Source: an uncultured virus (IMG/VR IMGVR_UViG_3300021400_000789)
Taxonomy: Duplodnaviria; Heunggongvirae; Uroviricota; Caudoviricetes
IMG/VR virus record: IMGVR_UViG_3300021400_000789
Reading direction: 5' to 3' (one strand)
Length of the DNA stretch: 27,144 nucleotides
The notes under the pieces were generated by a model. That model had not been told where the DNA came from, did no database searches, and saw only the letters and a list, made by a program, of their open reading frames with translations. Below, piece by piece: positions 15,447-25,208 of the stretch. The position numbers were made by a program, and so were the translations under genes. How positions within the stretch are numbered: position 1 is the stretch's first letter; every line of letters begins with the position of its first letter.

Positions 15447-15481
15447 TCGAAGTAAGAAAAAGATAAACGGAGGATGAATAT

Positions 15482-15880
15482 ATGTCAGAAATGGAATATA
15501 ACGGTGTAAAACTCGAATTAGACCTTCTCGATGCCGATGAAATGGAAAGATATGAAAACGCCCTTGCAGATACAAGGACGCTCATCAGCGACCAGAGTCA
15601 GTACGAAGGGAAGAAGAACTCTGAGCAGATGCGTATTCAGATCAGCATCATTGATGATTTCTTCGACAATCTGTTCGGCAAAGGAACGTCCGGACGTATG
15701 TTCGGTAAGAATGCTGACCTTCGTAAAAGGATCGATGCTTTCGGCATGGCTGCCAATCTCGGAGCACAGCTCACCGATGAGGTCAATGCCCTGAAGGAAA
15801 AGTACAATCCCGAAAGACTTCCCAACAGGGAGCAGAGAAGGAAGAAGAAGTATAACAACCGCACCCGTAAATGGCAGTAA
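15482..15880 (+). CDS. Tail assembly chaperone
   Basis: Acidic helical protein after the tail tube; FFDNLFGKGT and NREQRR motifs. Confidence 0.72.
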   Translation: MSEMEYNGVKLELDLLDADEMERYENALADTRTLISDQSQYEGKKNSEQMRIQISIIDDFFDNLFGKGTSGRMFGKNADLRKRIDAFGMAANLGAQLTDEVNALKEKYNPERLPNREQRRKKKYNNRTRKWQ

Positions 15881-16506
15881 ATATCCTTCTCGACCCCGTT
15901 CCTGAAGAAGTTGAAATAGGAGGCACGATGTATCGCATTAACAGCGATTATCGTGTCTCTGTTCTTTTTGAGCTTATGATGTCAGATGATGAACTCGACG
16001 CAAGAGACAAGATAGCACTCGCCCTCGACCTGTATTACGGCTGTGTGCCAGATGACATAGGGCAAGCCGTAGAAAAGCTTCTTTGGTTTTACCGGTGCGG
16101 AGATGAAGTGAAAAAGAAGCAGGAGAAAAGGTTCGATGAAAAGACCGGTAAGTTTGTCCCTGTAGACAACAGCAAGACATCTGATCTCGTTTACTCGTTC
16201 GAACACGATGCGCAGTACATATACGCTGCTTTCATGGAGCAGTACGGCATTGATTTGACAGAGGAAGACATGCACTGGTGGAAGTTCCGTGCATTGTTCA
16301 GGTCGCTGAACGAAAGTACAAAGTTCGTAAAGATAATGGGGTATAGAAGCATTGAAATCAGTCCAAGCATGTCAAAACAGCAGAGGATGTTCTATGAAAA
16401 CATGAAAGAGCTGTACGCACTTCCTGTTTCTCAGAAAGAGCAGGATAGACAAGATGCTATCGTTGCCGCACTCATGGGGGACGGTGATGTATCAGGTTTG
16501 CTTTGA
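15871..16506 (+). CDS. Gp15-family protein (second tail chaperone)
   Basis: INSDYR, YSFEHDAQYIYAAFMEQYGIDL and MHWWKFRALF motifs. Confidence 0.85.
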   Translation: MAVNILLDPVPEEVEIGGTMYRINSDYRVSVLFELMMSDDELDARDKIALALDLYYGCVPDDIGQAVEKLLWFYRCGDEVKKKQEKRFDEKTGKFVPVDNSKTSDLVYSFEHDAQYIYAAFMEQYGIDLTEEDMHWWKFRALFRSLNESTKFVKIMGYRSIEISPSMSKQQRMFYENMKELYALPVSQKEQDRQDAIVAALMGDGDVSGLL

Positions 16507-16513
16507 AACAGAT

Positions 16514-16684
16514 ATGAAAGAAAAAAACGTTAAGACCCAGGTCGTGTGTCCGGTATGTGGATATCTGATGCCACTGTTTTTCGATGAACAGGCCGAGTCG
16601 AAAGGTATATTCGTTACGTGCAAAGGCAGAGGATGCAAGGCTGTCTTTGAAGTCATAGTGAAAAAAGGAGAACAGATTAGGTAG
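16514..16684 (+). CDS. Small four-Cys zinc-finger protein (Mu Com-like), 56 aa
   Basis: VVCPVCG...IFVTCKGRGCKAVFEV; ATG 16514 lies 7 nt after the upstream stop. Confidence 0.68.
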   Translation: MKEKNVKTQVVCPVCGYLMPLFFDEQAESKGIFVTCKGRGCKAVFEVIVKKGEQIR

Positions 16685-16734
16685 AGCCATCATGAGCCGA
16701 TAATCGTTCGCTGCATGAAAAGAGGTGAAACAGA

Positions 16735-19700
16735 TTGTCTTATGATGGAACACTGAAATTCGATACGAAAATCGACAGCAGTGGTTTTCAAAAAGGAATC
16801 AGTAAGATCAGCAATATCGCACAGACCGGTCTTGCTGCTGCTACGGCAGCACTCGGAGTCGTATCTACAGCAATAAGTGCGATTGGTACGTTTTCCGTAA
16901 AGGCAGGAGGTGATTTCGAAGCCTCTATGTCCAACGTGGCCGCTATCGCAGGTCTTACCTCGAAAGAGGCTGGCAGTGATTACGACATTCTGGTGAAGAA
17001 AGCGAAAGAAGTCGCGAGCCAGAGCAAGTTCACCGCTGCTGAGACAGCTGATGCCCTTTCTTACATGGCTATGGCCGGATGGAAGACGGAGGACATGACC
17101 GCCGCCCTGAGCAGCGTCGTCAACCTCGCAGCCGCATCCGGACAGGACCTTGCGTCGACGTCAGACATCCTGACAGACGCAATCACAGCTCTCGGCCATA
17201 CAGCGAGCGATTCGACAGGCATCGTTGATGAGTTCGGCAACGAGGTCTCATATGCGACCCATTTCGCGGACATACTTGCCGCGGCATCGTCAAACGCCAA
17301 CACGAACGTCGGTATGCTGGGCGAGTCCTTCAAGTACGCTGCGCCTGTCGCTGGTGCCCTTGGAATCACGGCAGAAGATACATCCATCGCACTTGGATTG
17401 ATGGCGAATGCCGGTATCAAGGCATCACAGGGCGGCACGGCACTCCGTACCGGACTTTCTAACCTAGTCAAGCCGACCAAGCAGATGCAGACTTACATGG
17501 ACAAGTACAACATTGCCCTTGTAAAGAATGCGGACGGCTCCGTCAATCTCCGGGACACAATGGAGTCCCTTCGAGAGAAGATGGGCTCCCTCAGCACGAC
17601 GGAACAAGCCGCCGCAGCATCCGCGATCTTCGGCAAGGAAGCAATGTCCGGATGGCTTGCCATTATCAATGCGTCTGATGCGGATTTCGAAAAGCTGACG
17701 AGCGCGATCGACAACTGCGACGGTACTACCCAGAAGATGGCCGACACCATGAACGACAACCTCAAGGGCCAGCTCACGATGCTCCAGTCACAGCTGGACA
17801 TCCTCGGCGTGTCGATCTATGAATCCCTGCAGGTGCCGATGAAGGGCGCTGTGCAGACTCTGCGTGAATTTGCCGATGAACTTCAGAAGGCATACGATGA
17901 GGGCGGTATGGATGCCCTTATCGGCAAGTCAGGCGAGGTCCTTGCCGGCATGGTGACAGAACTGGCGCAGGCAGCGCCTCAGGTCGTCGAAGTCGCGCTG
18001 TCGGTCGCAAGGTCGTTCATTTCGTCGCTCCTGGCTAACAAAGCGGAGGTCGCGTCAGCCGGATCCGAACTGGTCACGACGCTCATCACGGGAATCATCA
18101 GCTTCTCCGGAGATCTCTGGAGCTGCGCTGTAGAGCTGTTCGCTGAATTCCTCAAGGGCATTGCGGACAACACGCCGCAGATCGTTACGGCAGCGCAGAA
18201 CGCGATTATACAGCTCGGCACCGCCCTGGCAGAGAACGCTCCATCCATCGCCAGTTCAGCTGTACAGATCATAAGCGCACTTGCCAAAGGATTCATGCAG
18301 GTGCTCCCACAGCTGATCGACATCGGAAAGCAGATCATCGAGGGAATCATACAGGGGGTATCCGAGGAATCGCCGCAGCTCGGCGCGTTCCTGTCCGGAA
18401 TGTTCGAAGGGGTTCAGGAAGTCCTTGGCCCCGCTGTTGACGCTCTCAAGACGGCATTCGAGGCGGTATCGTCCGCACTGTCGAGCATAGACCCGGCCAC
18501 AGCGCACCAGATTGGCAAGGCGATTGCAAAAGTAGTTGCGGCATTTATAGCATTTAAAGCCGTGCGAACAATCACAGGTGTGGTATCGACCATCGGTGGA
18601 AGTTTAACTGGCTTAGCAGGCAATGTCACATCATTTGCGAAAAAAGCTGTCGAAGGTTTTGAGCTTTGGAGTGGCGGAGCAGGAACACTGTCAGAAGTCC
18701 TTGCTCTTGAGTTCCCAAAGATTGGCGCAATTGTCGGTAAAATTGGGGGGCTATTTGGTTCTGGTGGACTCATTTCCACCATCGGATCAAGTCTTTCAGG
18801 TGTTGCGTCTGCTGCTGCAACGGGCATAGCAGGTATTGGATCAACAATAATGACAGGATTCGGCGCAGTAGTCGCAGCTATCGGTGCGGGACCGCTTATA
18901 GCCATAGCAGCAGCCATAGCAGCGATTATCGCTGTTGTATGTAACTGGGATGAAGTAAAGACTTTCTTCACCGAGACACTGCCTAACTGGTGGAATGAGA
19001 CAGCGTGGCCTGCTATAACCGGTTTCTTTGAAGCAGCCGGTCAATGGTTGTCAGAACTGCCCGGAAAGGTTGTTGCTTTCTTCACCGGCATCATAGAATC
19101 CCTCGGTGAATGGGTCGCTTCGGTAGGCGAATGGATAGCTGAAAACGTGCCAATGCTGATTGAAGCTATCGTAACGTTCTTCAGTGAACTGCCGTACAAG
19201 ATAGGATACGCAATCGGTTTCTGCATCGGTACATTTGTGTCATGGTGCGCAGACGTAATAAATTGGATAGTTGAGAACGTTCCGCTGATTATCGACTCGA
19301 TATGCACGTTCTTTAAGGAGCTTCCCGGAAAGGTATGGGACTTCCTGAAAGAGACATGGGATAACCTCGTTACATGGGGAAGCGACATGCTCGAAAGCGC
19401 AGGAAAAGCTGCAGAAGACACTATAAATGCTGTCGTGGAGTTTTTCACAGAGCTTCCCGGAAAATTGTGGGAGTGGCTTAGCCAGACATACGAAAAGGTC
19501 GTTAAGTGGGGAGAAGATACCCTTGACAGTGCAAAAAAGGCTGCAGAAGATATCATAACCGCAGTGGTCGACTTCTTTAAGGAGCTTCCCGGAAAGGTAT
19601 GGGAATGGCTGACAGAAACAGTCAGTAAAGTCACAGAGTTCGGAGCAGACCTGTTAGAAACAGGGCGACAGGCTGCACAAGACTTCTTCGACGGGTTCAT

Positions 19701-20232
19701 CAATATTTTGACTGACCTGCCCGGTAGAATGTACGACATAGGATCTGATATCGTTACCGGTGTATGGGACGGTATAAAAGACATGGGAGACTGGTTGTGG
19801 GGCAACGTTACCGGTTTCTTCTCTGGACTTGTAGACGGTGTTGCAGATGGACTTGAAATCGGCTCTCCGTCCAAAGTTTTCGCAAGAGAAGTAGGACGTT
19901 GGATACCACCAGGTGTAGGAAAAGGCGTTGAGACAGCAATGCCCGATCTGATATCCGACACACAGGACCAGATGGAAGAGTATGCAAAGAAAATGACTGA
20001 CACGGTGAACAAAGAGACGTTCAAAGTTAAATTCGATTCCGGAACGTCAGAAACGTACAGGGCAGGAAGAGATAATGAAGGTGCGTTTGTCCACAGAGAT
20101 GCAGAAGTCAGCATAAGCGGAGAGATACATACTCACGTAGAAATCGACAAAGAAGAAATCGGAAACGCAACCACGCCGATTGTCGACCGTAACTTTGCAA
20201 GAATTGACCAACACAAGAAAAGAGGTGGTTAA
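16735..20232 (+). CDS. Tail tape measure protein (TP901-like core)
   Basis: 1165 aa, Ala/Gly-rich; YMAMAGW, GESFKYAAP, ANAGIKASQGGTALR and IGSPSKVF motifs; Trp-periodic repeats; TTG start after AGAGGTG. Confidence 0.95.
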   Translation: MSYDGTLKFDTKIDSSGFQKGISKISNIAQTGLAAATAALGVVSTAISAIGTFSVKAGGDFEASMSNVAAIAGLTSKEAGSDYDILVKKAKEVASQSKFTAAETADALSYMAMAGWKTEDMTAALSSVVNLAAASGQDLASTSDILTDAITALGHTASDSTGIVDEFGNEVSYATHFADILAAASSNANTNVGMLGESFKYAAPVAGALGITAEDTSIALGLMANAGIKASQGGTALRTGLSNLVKPTKQMQTYMDKYNIALVKNADGSVNLRDTMESLREKMGSLSTTEQAAAASAIFGKEAMSGWLAIINASDADFEKLTSAIDNCDGTTQKMADTMNDNLKGQLTMLQSQLDILGVSIYESLQVPMKGAVQTLREFADELQKAYDEGGMDALIGKSGEVLAGMVTELAQAAPQVVEVALSVARSFISSLLANKAEVASAGSELVTTLITGIISFSGDLWSCAVELFAEFLKGIADNTPQIVTAAQNAIIQLGTALAENAPSIASSAVQIISALAKGFMQVLPQLIDIGKQIIEGIIQGVSEESPQLGAFLSGMFEGVQEVLGPAVDALKTAFEAVSSALSSIDPATAHQIGKAIAKVVAAFIAFKAVRTITGVVSTIGGSLTGLAGNVTSFAKKAVEGFELWSGGAGTLSEVLALEFPKIGAIVGKIGGLFGSGGLISTIGSSLSGVASAAATGIAGIGSTIMTGFGAVVAAIGAGPLIAIAAAIAAIIAVVCNWDEVKTFFTETLPNWWNETAWPAITGFFEAAGQWLSELPGKVVAFFTGIIESLGEWVASVGEWIAENVPMLIEAIVTFFSELPYKIGYAIGFCIGTFVSWCADVINWIVENVPLIIDSICTFFKELPGKVWDFLKETWDNLVTWGSDMLESAGKAAEDTINAVVEFFTELPGKLWEWLSQTYEKVVKWGEDTLDSAKKAAEDIITAVVDFFKELPGKVWEWLTETVSKVTEFGADLLETGRQAAQDFFDGFINILTDLPGRMYDIGSDIVTGVWDGIKDMGDWLWGNVTGFFSGLVDGVADGLEIGSPSKVFAREVGRWIPPGVGKGVETAMPDLISDTQDQMEEYAKKMTDTVNKETFKVKFDSGTSETYRAGRDNEGAFVHRDAEVSISGEIHTHVEIDKEEIGNATTPIVDRNFARIDQHKKRGG
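19045..19836 (+). repeat. Six 44-aa (132-bp) repeats within TMP
   Basis: (E/D)LP motif codons begin at 19054, 19186, 19318, 19450, 19582 and 19714. An identical 32-mer occurs at 19309-19340 and 19573-19604. Confidence 0.85.
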
Positions 20233-20234
20233 CA

Positions 20235-20948
20235 GTGGGCGTGATCGGAGTAAAGTTCGGAGACTATCACTCGTATGATGACTGGAAGCTGAAGCTGAAA
20301 GAGATTGAAATAGGCAGCCCTGGGGCAAAGCTAGTTGAAATCGATGTCATGGGAATGGATGGTGTTCTCGATCTTACTGAAGCTGTAACAGGAAGTGTCC
20401 GGTACGGAAAACGGACACTTCGTTTTGTTTTTGACGCAAGAAATTGCGGATATAGGAAATGGGCGGATCTCATAAGCGAGATATCGAACAAGATACACGG
20501 AAAAAAGGTTCGGATCGTCCTTGACTGTGACAACGAGTATTACTACGAAGGAAGATGTACTGTAGATACGTCAAAGATTAACGACATAACATCTGAGTTC
20601 GTCATTACATGCGAGTGCTATCCGTACAAGACCGCAGTTGCCTCCGAAAACGGAGATTGGCTTTGGGACCCGTTCTCGTTCGTAAACGGAGTTATTCACA
20701 AGAAGTATGAGTTCACGATTAACAGCCCTAGCCAGTGGGTCGGAAAGGAAATCATCGGATACCCTGTCAGCTATGGAGTTTCGTTCACATGCAGCTCCGC
20801 TATGGATGTAAAGTTCAACAATGTTGTGTACAGCCTTCCTGCCGGCAGTACCATGCTCGAAGAGATCGAGTTGTCCGACGGCACAAACACGGTGTATTTC
20901 CGTGGGACCGGCACTGTAGATGTGCTTGCTAAAGGAGGTTCGCTGTAA
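20235..20948 (+). CDS. Distal tail protein (Dit)
   Basis: Follows TMP; FGDYHSYDDW, GMDGVLDLTE, YYYEGR, ECYPYK and WLWDPFSF motifs. Confidence 0.82.
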   Translation: MGVIGVKFGDYHSYDDWKLKLKEIEIGSPGAKLVEIDVMGMDGVLDLTEAVTGSVRYGKRTLRFVFDARNCGYRKWADLISEISNKIHGKKVRIVLDCDNEYYYEGRCTVDTSKINDITSEFVITCECYPYKTAVASENGDWLWDPFSFVNGVIHKKYEFTINSPSQWVGKEIIGYPVSYGVSFTCSSAMDVKFNNVVYSLPAGSTMLEEIELSDGTNTVYFRGTGTVDVLAKGGSL

Positions 20949-23929
20949 TGTATACGATTTATGCTCTTGTCGGGGACGACAGGTATCTCATCCATAACCC
21001 ACGCATGCGAACCATGCAGGTAGGCAGCCCGTATTTTGAGCTTGCCGACAACCTTAACGGACAAGCTGAGTTTTTGGTGTACAAGACACATCCGTACTAC
21101 GCACATGTCAAAAAGCTTACCACAGAGATCGTCGTCATGGATGAAGACGACGAAGTGTTCAGAGGGCGTGTGCTGTACGACGATGAGGACATGAACGGAA
21201 CCAAGCACGTTTTCGTAGAAGGTCAGCTCGGATACCTTAACGACAGCATCCAGAGACCTGCTGTGTATCGCAACGTCTCGATTTCCACGTACCTCGGAAC
21301 GCTTCTTGAGAACCACAACGCACAGGTTGAAGAAGGAAAGAAGTTCTATCTTGGGCGTGTTACCGTCACTGACAGCAACAATTCCATTTACAGATACTCG
21401 AACTGGGAGACCACTAGAAAATGCCTAAAGGAAAAGCTTGTCGACCGGCTAGGTGGTCATTTCGTGATCAGGTGGGGGCAGGACGGCCTTCGATACCTCG
21501 ATTATCTCGCTGATTACGATTATTACAGCGACTGTGAACAACCGATAATGTTCGGCAAGAATATGCTCGATTATTCCAAGACGATAACCGCTGCAGACAT
21601 TGCAACGTGCATTATTCCGCTTGGATACAGACTGCCTGAAGAACAGCAGGACCCCACTCTGCAGGAGCAGAGATTAACGATAGAAAGTGTCAATGGTGGT
21701 GTCGACTACGTGACAGACAATAATGCAATCGCAATGTACGGCAAGATTTTCAAGACTGTAATAAACGACGATGTAACCACCGCTACCTATCTGAAAGCCT
21801 GGGGCGAGAATTATCTTCGTACCGTTCAGTACGAAAAGCTTGTGCTCGAACTAAAAGCAGTTGATCTTGGACTTATCAATAAAGACCTCGACCGATTCAA
21901 AGTCGGAAAGAGGATACACTGCATCTCCGAGCCTCACGGAATGGACGTGTGGCTTCCGTTGACAAAGATGAGAATATACCTCACGAGGTACGAACAGAAC
22001 ACCGTCACAATCGGAAACGAGAGTGTCGTTGCAAGCTATACGTCATCGAATGCACAGACAACCGGAGATTTGGAAAAGACCATACAGCTCCTGCCGACAA
22101 AGAAAGAAATTCTCGAACAGGCGATCAGAGATGCAACTGCCATGCTCAATGCATACTGCACCGGTGGTTATGCAATCCATACGCCTAACGAGTTCATTGT
22201 TGCAGACAACACCGATCCCGAAGATGCCGTAAACCTTTGGCGGTGGGGTTTGGGTGGTCTTGCTCATTACAGCCAGGGATACGACGGACCGGTTGACGGA
22301 ATTGCCCTCACGATGGATGGCAAGATTAACGGAAACATGATCCTCGCAAATTCCATAGCTGCAGCAAGTATCGACCTTGGATACAGAACGTCAGTCGAAA
22401 AGGCGATTTCAGACGGAGACGAGCAAGTTGTTACTGAGCTTGAGAACAGTATCACGAACGCAGAGAACAGGATTAGGCTGTACGCATCCTCGGAAGCAAG
22501 GCGTATGTCCATGAAAGAGTACGTCACGAATGGCGAACAGGAAACGCTCGACATAAGCTCGTTCACTGTCACAGGTAACGGTGCATCCGTCACAGAAGCG
22601 CAATTCTTGAATCTGTCATGCTTCAAGGTCCAGTTCAACAGCTCGTCGACAGTCTATATCAGCCAGGACCTCGGAAATCTGCCGGCAGGAACGTACCTGA
22701 TTGAAGTCACCTTCGCATTTCCGCTTGACAGCGATGGTCTGACAACGCTCAGACCTACATCGCTTGCATATGGTTTCTCCGGGAACCTCAGGACTGTCAG
22801 CTTGTCTACGTACACCGGAAATGAAATGCATACTGTCCAAAGAGCATTAGAGATCACGGCAGCGTCAAAGACGATTTCAGTTGCTGTCAACGGTGCAGCC
22901 GGTACGATTCTTTACGTCACGAATATCCGGGTCCTCAGAGACCTCACCGAATTGATCGAAGACGTATCGGCGGAACTGACAGTACAGGCAGATTCTATCC
23001 GTTCAACAGTAACATCGCTGTATGAAAATATGCAGCACAATTACTGCTTGAACTCCAATTTCTCGGACTCGTCGAATTACTACGAAGGATGGGTAAGATC
23101 GAACGAAAGCTACGTCGTCAGAACGACGTATAGCGGAAAGTCATGCCTTTCGATTGCGAACCAGTCTTCCGGAAACCAGTACGCAGGATACTCTTTTGAA
23201 GTTCCCAAGGTGTCGGATGTCAAAGTTCGCTTTAAGGTTGCTTGCAGAACGGCAGATGTTGGAACAGCTAACGCAGAAGTGCTCATCGGCTCCAAATCAA
23301 TATTCACTGATGACGGATTTATAGGTTCCACGTGGAAAACGTTCGAAGTCGATTTCAGCAATGTTCCTGCAGGAACCCGTTATGTTTACATACGTAACAC
23401 TGTTAGCAACACGACTATCTACATCACCGACGTTGAGATTCTTGGGTACGGCAGTGCGTACTACGAATCACAGATCAAGCAGAACGCTGACGCTATAAGC
23501 CTCCGGGTAACGTCCAGTCAAGCACAATCACTTATTGATCAGAGTGCCGATACTATCAGATTGAAGGCGAATAACATCGTGTGGACAAGCACGTATTCGT
23601 CGATGACCTCAGACGGAAAGCTCACATGTACATCTGCTGACATCAAAGGAAAAATCACGTCCACTGATGGAGAAGAAGATATGGTCCTCGACAGCTCCAT
23701 GCTGATTGGAAAGCACGAAGGTGCTCAATGTGGCTATCTTGACCTCAGTGCGTATTACAACTCCGGTTACGAGGTCGCACTTGGAAGCCAGCATGACATG
23801 TACCTTGAAATCGGAGGTTCCGGTACGCTTTATATCGTTCAGATGTCCGGAAACACAAAATATACATGCGGTTATTTCGACAGAAATGGTTGGCACGGAG
23901 ATGTTCACGGAACTGTGCATGCTACGTGA
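20948..23929 (+). CDS. Tal / tail spike with C-terminal carbohydrate-binding-like domains
   Basis: N-terminal prophage-tail-type region (FRGRVL, YLNDSIQ, FGKNMLDY, TCIIPLG, SVNGG.DY); later WRWGLGGL and ALTMDGKI; then two beta-rich modules separated by coiled coils. Confidence 0.82.
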   Translation: MYTIYALVGDDRYLIHNPRMRTMQVGSPYFELADNLNGQAEFLVYKTHPYYAHVKKLTTEIVVMDEDDEVFRGRVLYDDEDMNGTKHVFVEGQLGYLNDSIQRPAVYRNVSISTYLGTLLENHNAQVEEGKKFYLGRVTVTDSNNSIYRYSNWETTRKCLKEKLVDRLGGHFVIRWGQDGLRYLDYLADYDYYSDCEQPIMFGKNMLDYSKTITAADIATCIIPLGYRLPEEQQDPTLQEQRLTIESVNGGVDYVTDNNAIAMYGKIFKTVINDDVTTATYLKAWGENYLRTVQYEKLVLELKAVDLGLINKDLDRFKVGKRIHCISEPHGMDVWLPLTKMRIYLTRYEQNTVTIGNESVVASYTSSNAQTTGDLEKTIQLLPTKKEILEQAIRDATAMLNAYCTGGYAIHTPNEFIVADNTDPEDAVNLWRWGLGGLAHYSQGYDGPVDGIALTMDGKINGNMILANSIAAASIDLGYRTSVEKAISDGDEQVVTELENSITNAENRIRLYASSEARRMSMKEYVTNGEQETLDISSFTVTGNGASVTEAQFLNLSCFKVQFNSSSTVYISQDLGNLPAGTYLIEVTFAFPLDSDGLTTLRPTSLAYGFSGNLRTVSLSTYTGNEMHTVQRALEITAASKTISVAVNGAAGTILYVTNIRVLRDLTELIEDVSAELTVQADSIRSTVTSLYENMQHNYCLNSNFSDSSNYYEGWVRSNESYVVRTTYSGKSCLSIANQSSGNQYAGYSFEVPKVSDVKVRFKVACRTADVGTANAEVLIGSKSIFTDDGFIGSTWKTFEVDFSNVPAGTRYVYIRNTVSNTTIYITDVEILGYGSAYYESQIKQNADAISLRVTSSQAQSLIDQSADTIRLKANNIVWTSTYSSMTSDGKLTCTSADIKGKITSTDGEEDMVLDSSMLIGKHEGAQCGYLDLSAYYNSGYEVALGSQHDMYLEIGGSGTLYIVQMSGNTKYTCGYFDRNGWHGDVHGTVHAT

Positions 23930-23965
23930 AATACCTTGTCGTAAAAACTTTGAGAGGAGACAGAA

Positions 23966-24283
23966 ATGGGTACACCAATGATAACGTACTGCATGAAAAA
24001 AGCGTCTGTTGAAAAGGAACTGCTTGCAGTAATCGATGATGTTATGGACAGGTCTGGCCTACCGCACTTTATGTTGGTAGACATTCTCAGAGCTGCCCTT
24101 GTTGCAGAATCTCAGAAAGCGTATAGCGAGCTTGCGAATGACTCTGAATCTACGATCAGACAGACGCACGACTACTATAAGGAAAAGATGAAAGAAATGG
24201 AAGAGGCTGCCGAAAACGAAAAGAAAGAGCTGATAAATGCCTTTGAGAACCATGAAAGCATCGACATGAACGAGCAGGCTTAA
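23966..24283 (+). CDS. Hypothetical protein (helical / coiled coil)
   Basis: GAGAGGAG RBS; 105 aa; in operon. Confidence 0.7.
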   Translation: MGTPMITYCMKKASVEKELLAVIDDVMDRSGLPHFMLVDILRAALVAESQKAYSELANDSESTIRQTHDYYKEKMKEMEEAAENEKKELINAFENHESIDMNEQA

Positions 24284-24300
24284 CAGGAAGGAGGTATGAA

Positions 24301-24684
24301 ATGTCAGCGATTTCTGTTTATTTAGAAAGATTGCGGTCTGCTTTATTTGGCGAAGATGTAAGGGGCGCAATAATCGGGGCGATTACCGAGTGCTATGACA
24401 ACGTAAACGACCCGAGACTGCGCACAGATGCGCTTGAAGCAGCACTTCAGCATAAAATCGATCAGGGCGAGATGGCGGCGCTCACGATCGGTGATGGTAC
24501 TATCACCGGAGCAAAGCTGGCGAACGGCACGATTCCGAAGGCAAAGCTCGACCCGAGCATTACATTCGACGCGGATCCAGCGCTTGATACAACGTCAACA
24601 AATGCAATCCAGAACAAGGCAGTTGCGGAGTATATCACACTTTCAACGGCGCAGATCGCGGCCATTACAGGGCTTCTTGATTAA
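24301..24684 (+). CDS. Putative baseplate / fibre-anchoring protein
   Basis: AAGGAGGT RBS; N-terminal ALFGEDVRGAI motif; IGDGTITGAKLA and TSTNAIQNKAV fibre-type motifs. Confidence 0.6.
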   Translation: MSAISVYLERLRSALFGEDVRGAIIGAITECYDNVNDPRLRTDALEAALQHKIDQGEMAALTIGDGTITGAKLANGTIPKAKLDPSITFDADPALDTTSTNAIQNKAVAEYITLSTAQIAAITGLLD

Positions 24685-25170
24685 GGAGGAATACTATGAT
24701 TTCACTTGTAGATACAAGCAAATCAACTGGAACAATTAACGGATCGGCGCTGAGCAAGGAAATCATGTCTTTCGTGGGGCTCAGCACCGATGAGAAACCC
24801 ACCGGACAGTTCAACGGTTCAGCGATCGCCAACGGCTCAGTGTTCATCGTCATGGATTCAGGTGAAGCCTACATGTATGACGAAGACAACAGTCAGTGGC
24901 GCGCGCTGTAAAGGAGGTGCGGTATGCAGATTGGATTTGTCATTGCGCTGATCCGCGCCCTTATGCCGAAGACCGTAGAACAGATGAGCGCAGCCGGCGG
25001 GGCTGGTGACGCGGGGAAGGTTCTCGCGGTCGGTCCGGATGGAAAGGTAAAGACTGAAACTTTGACGAGTGGATCTGTTGTGATAGACAGCGAACTGTCG
25101 ACGGCATCAACCAACGCGGTACAGAACAAGGCAGTTGCGGAGCATATCGCGCTTTCAACGGCGCAGATCG
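24610..25170. repeat. 49-bp direct repeat (24610-24658 and 25122-25170), 46/49 identical
   Basis: CAGAACAAGGCAGTTGCGGAGyATATCrCrCTTTCAACGGCGCAGATCG near the 3' ends of two genes. Confidence 0.9.
24696..24911 (+). CDS. Small hypothetical tail-region protein
   Basis: TAAGGAGG RBS; GLSTDEKP...NGS.F..MDSG..Y.YD....W pattern. Confidence 0.75.
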   Translation: MISLVDTSKSTGTINGSALSKEIMSFVGLSTDEKPTGQFNGSAIANGSVFIVMDSGEAYMYDEDNSQWRAL

Positions 25171-25196
25171 ATGCTCTGACAGATCTGCTTGAATGA
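24924..25196 (+). CDS. Small tail-region protein sharing its C-terminal module with 24301..24684
   Basis: AAAGGAGGTG RBS; DAGKVLAVGPDG and STASTNAVQNKAV motifs. Confidence 0.72.
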   Translation: MQIGFVIALIRALMPKTVEQMSAAGGAGDAGKVLAVGPDGKVKTETLTSGSVVIDSELSTASTNAVQNKAVAEHIALSTAQIDALTDLLE

Positions 25197-25208
25197 AAGG
25201 AGTAGCCA

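Noticed and set aside
15841..15880. Programmed -1 frameshift joining the two tail chaperones
   Set aside because: The second ORF is in the -1 frame but has in-frame TAA at 15853 and 15868 before its ATG, and there is no slippery heptamer in the overlap.
18414..18971. Antisense ORF resembling a secreted Pro-rich protein
   Set aside because: It is the codon-register mirror of the Gly/Ala/Ile-rich TMP segment and has no SD upstream of its GTG.
24610..25170. Diversity-generating retroelement TR/VR pair
   Set aside because: Only 49 bp, both copies are coding, one of three mismatches is T/C rather than at adenine, and no reverse transcriptase is in the window.
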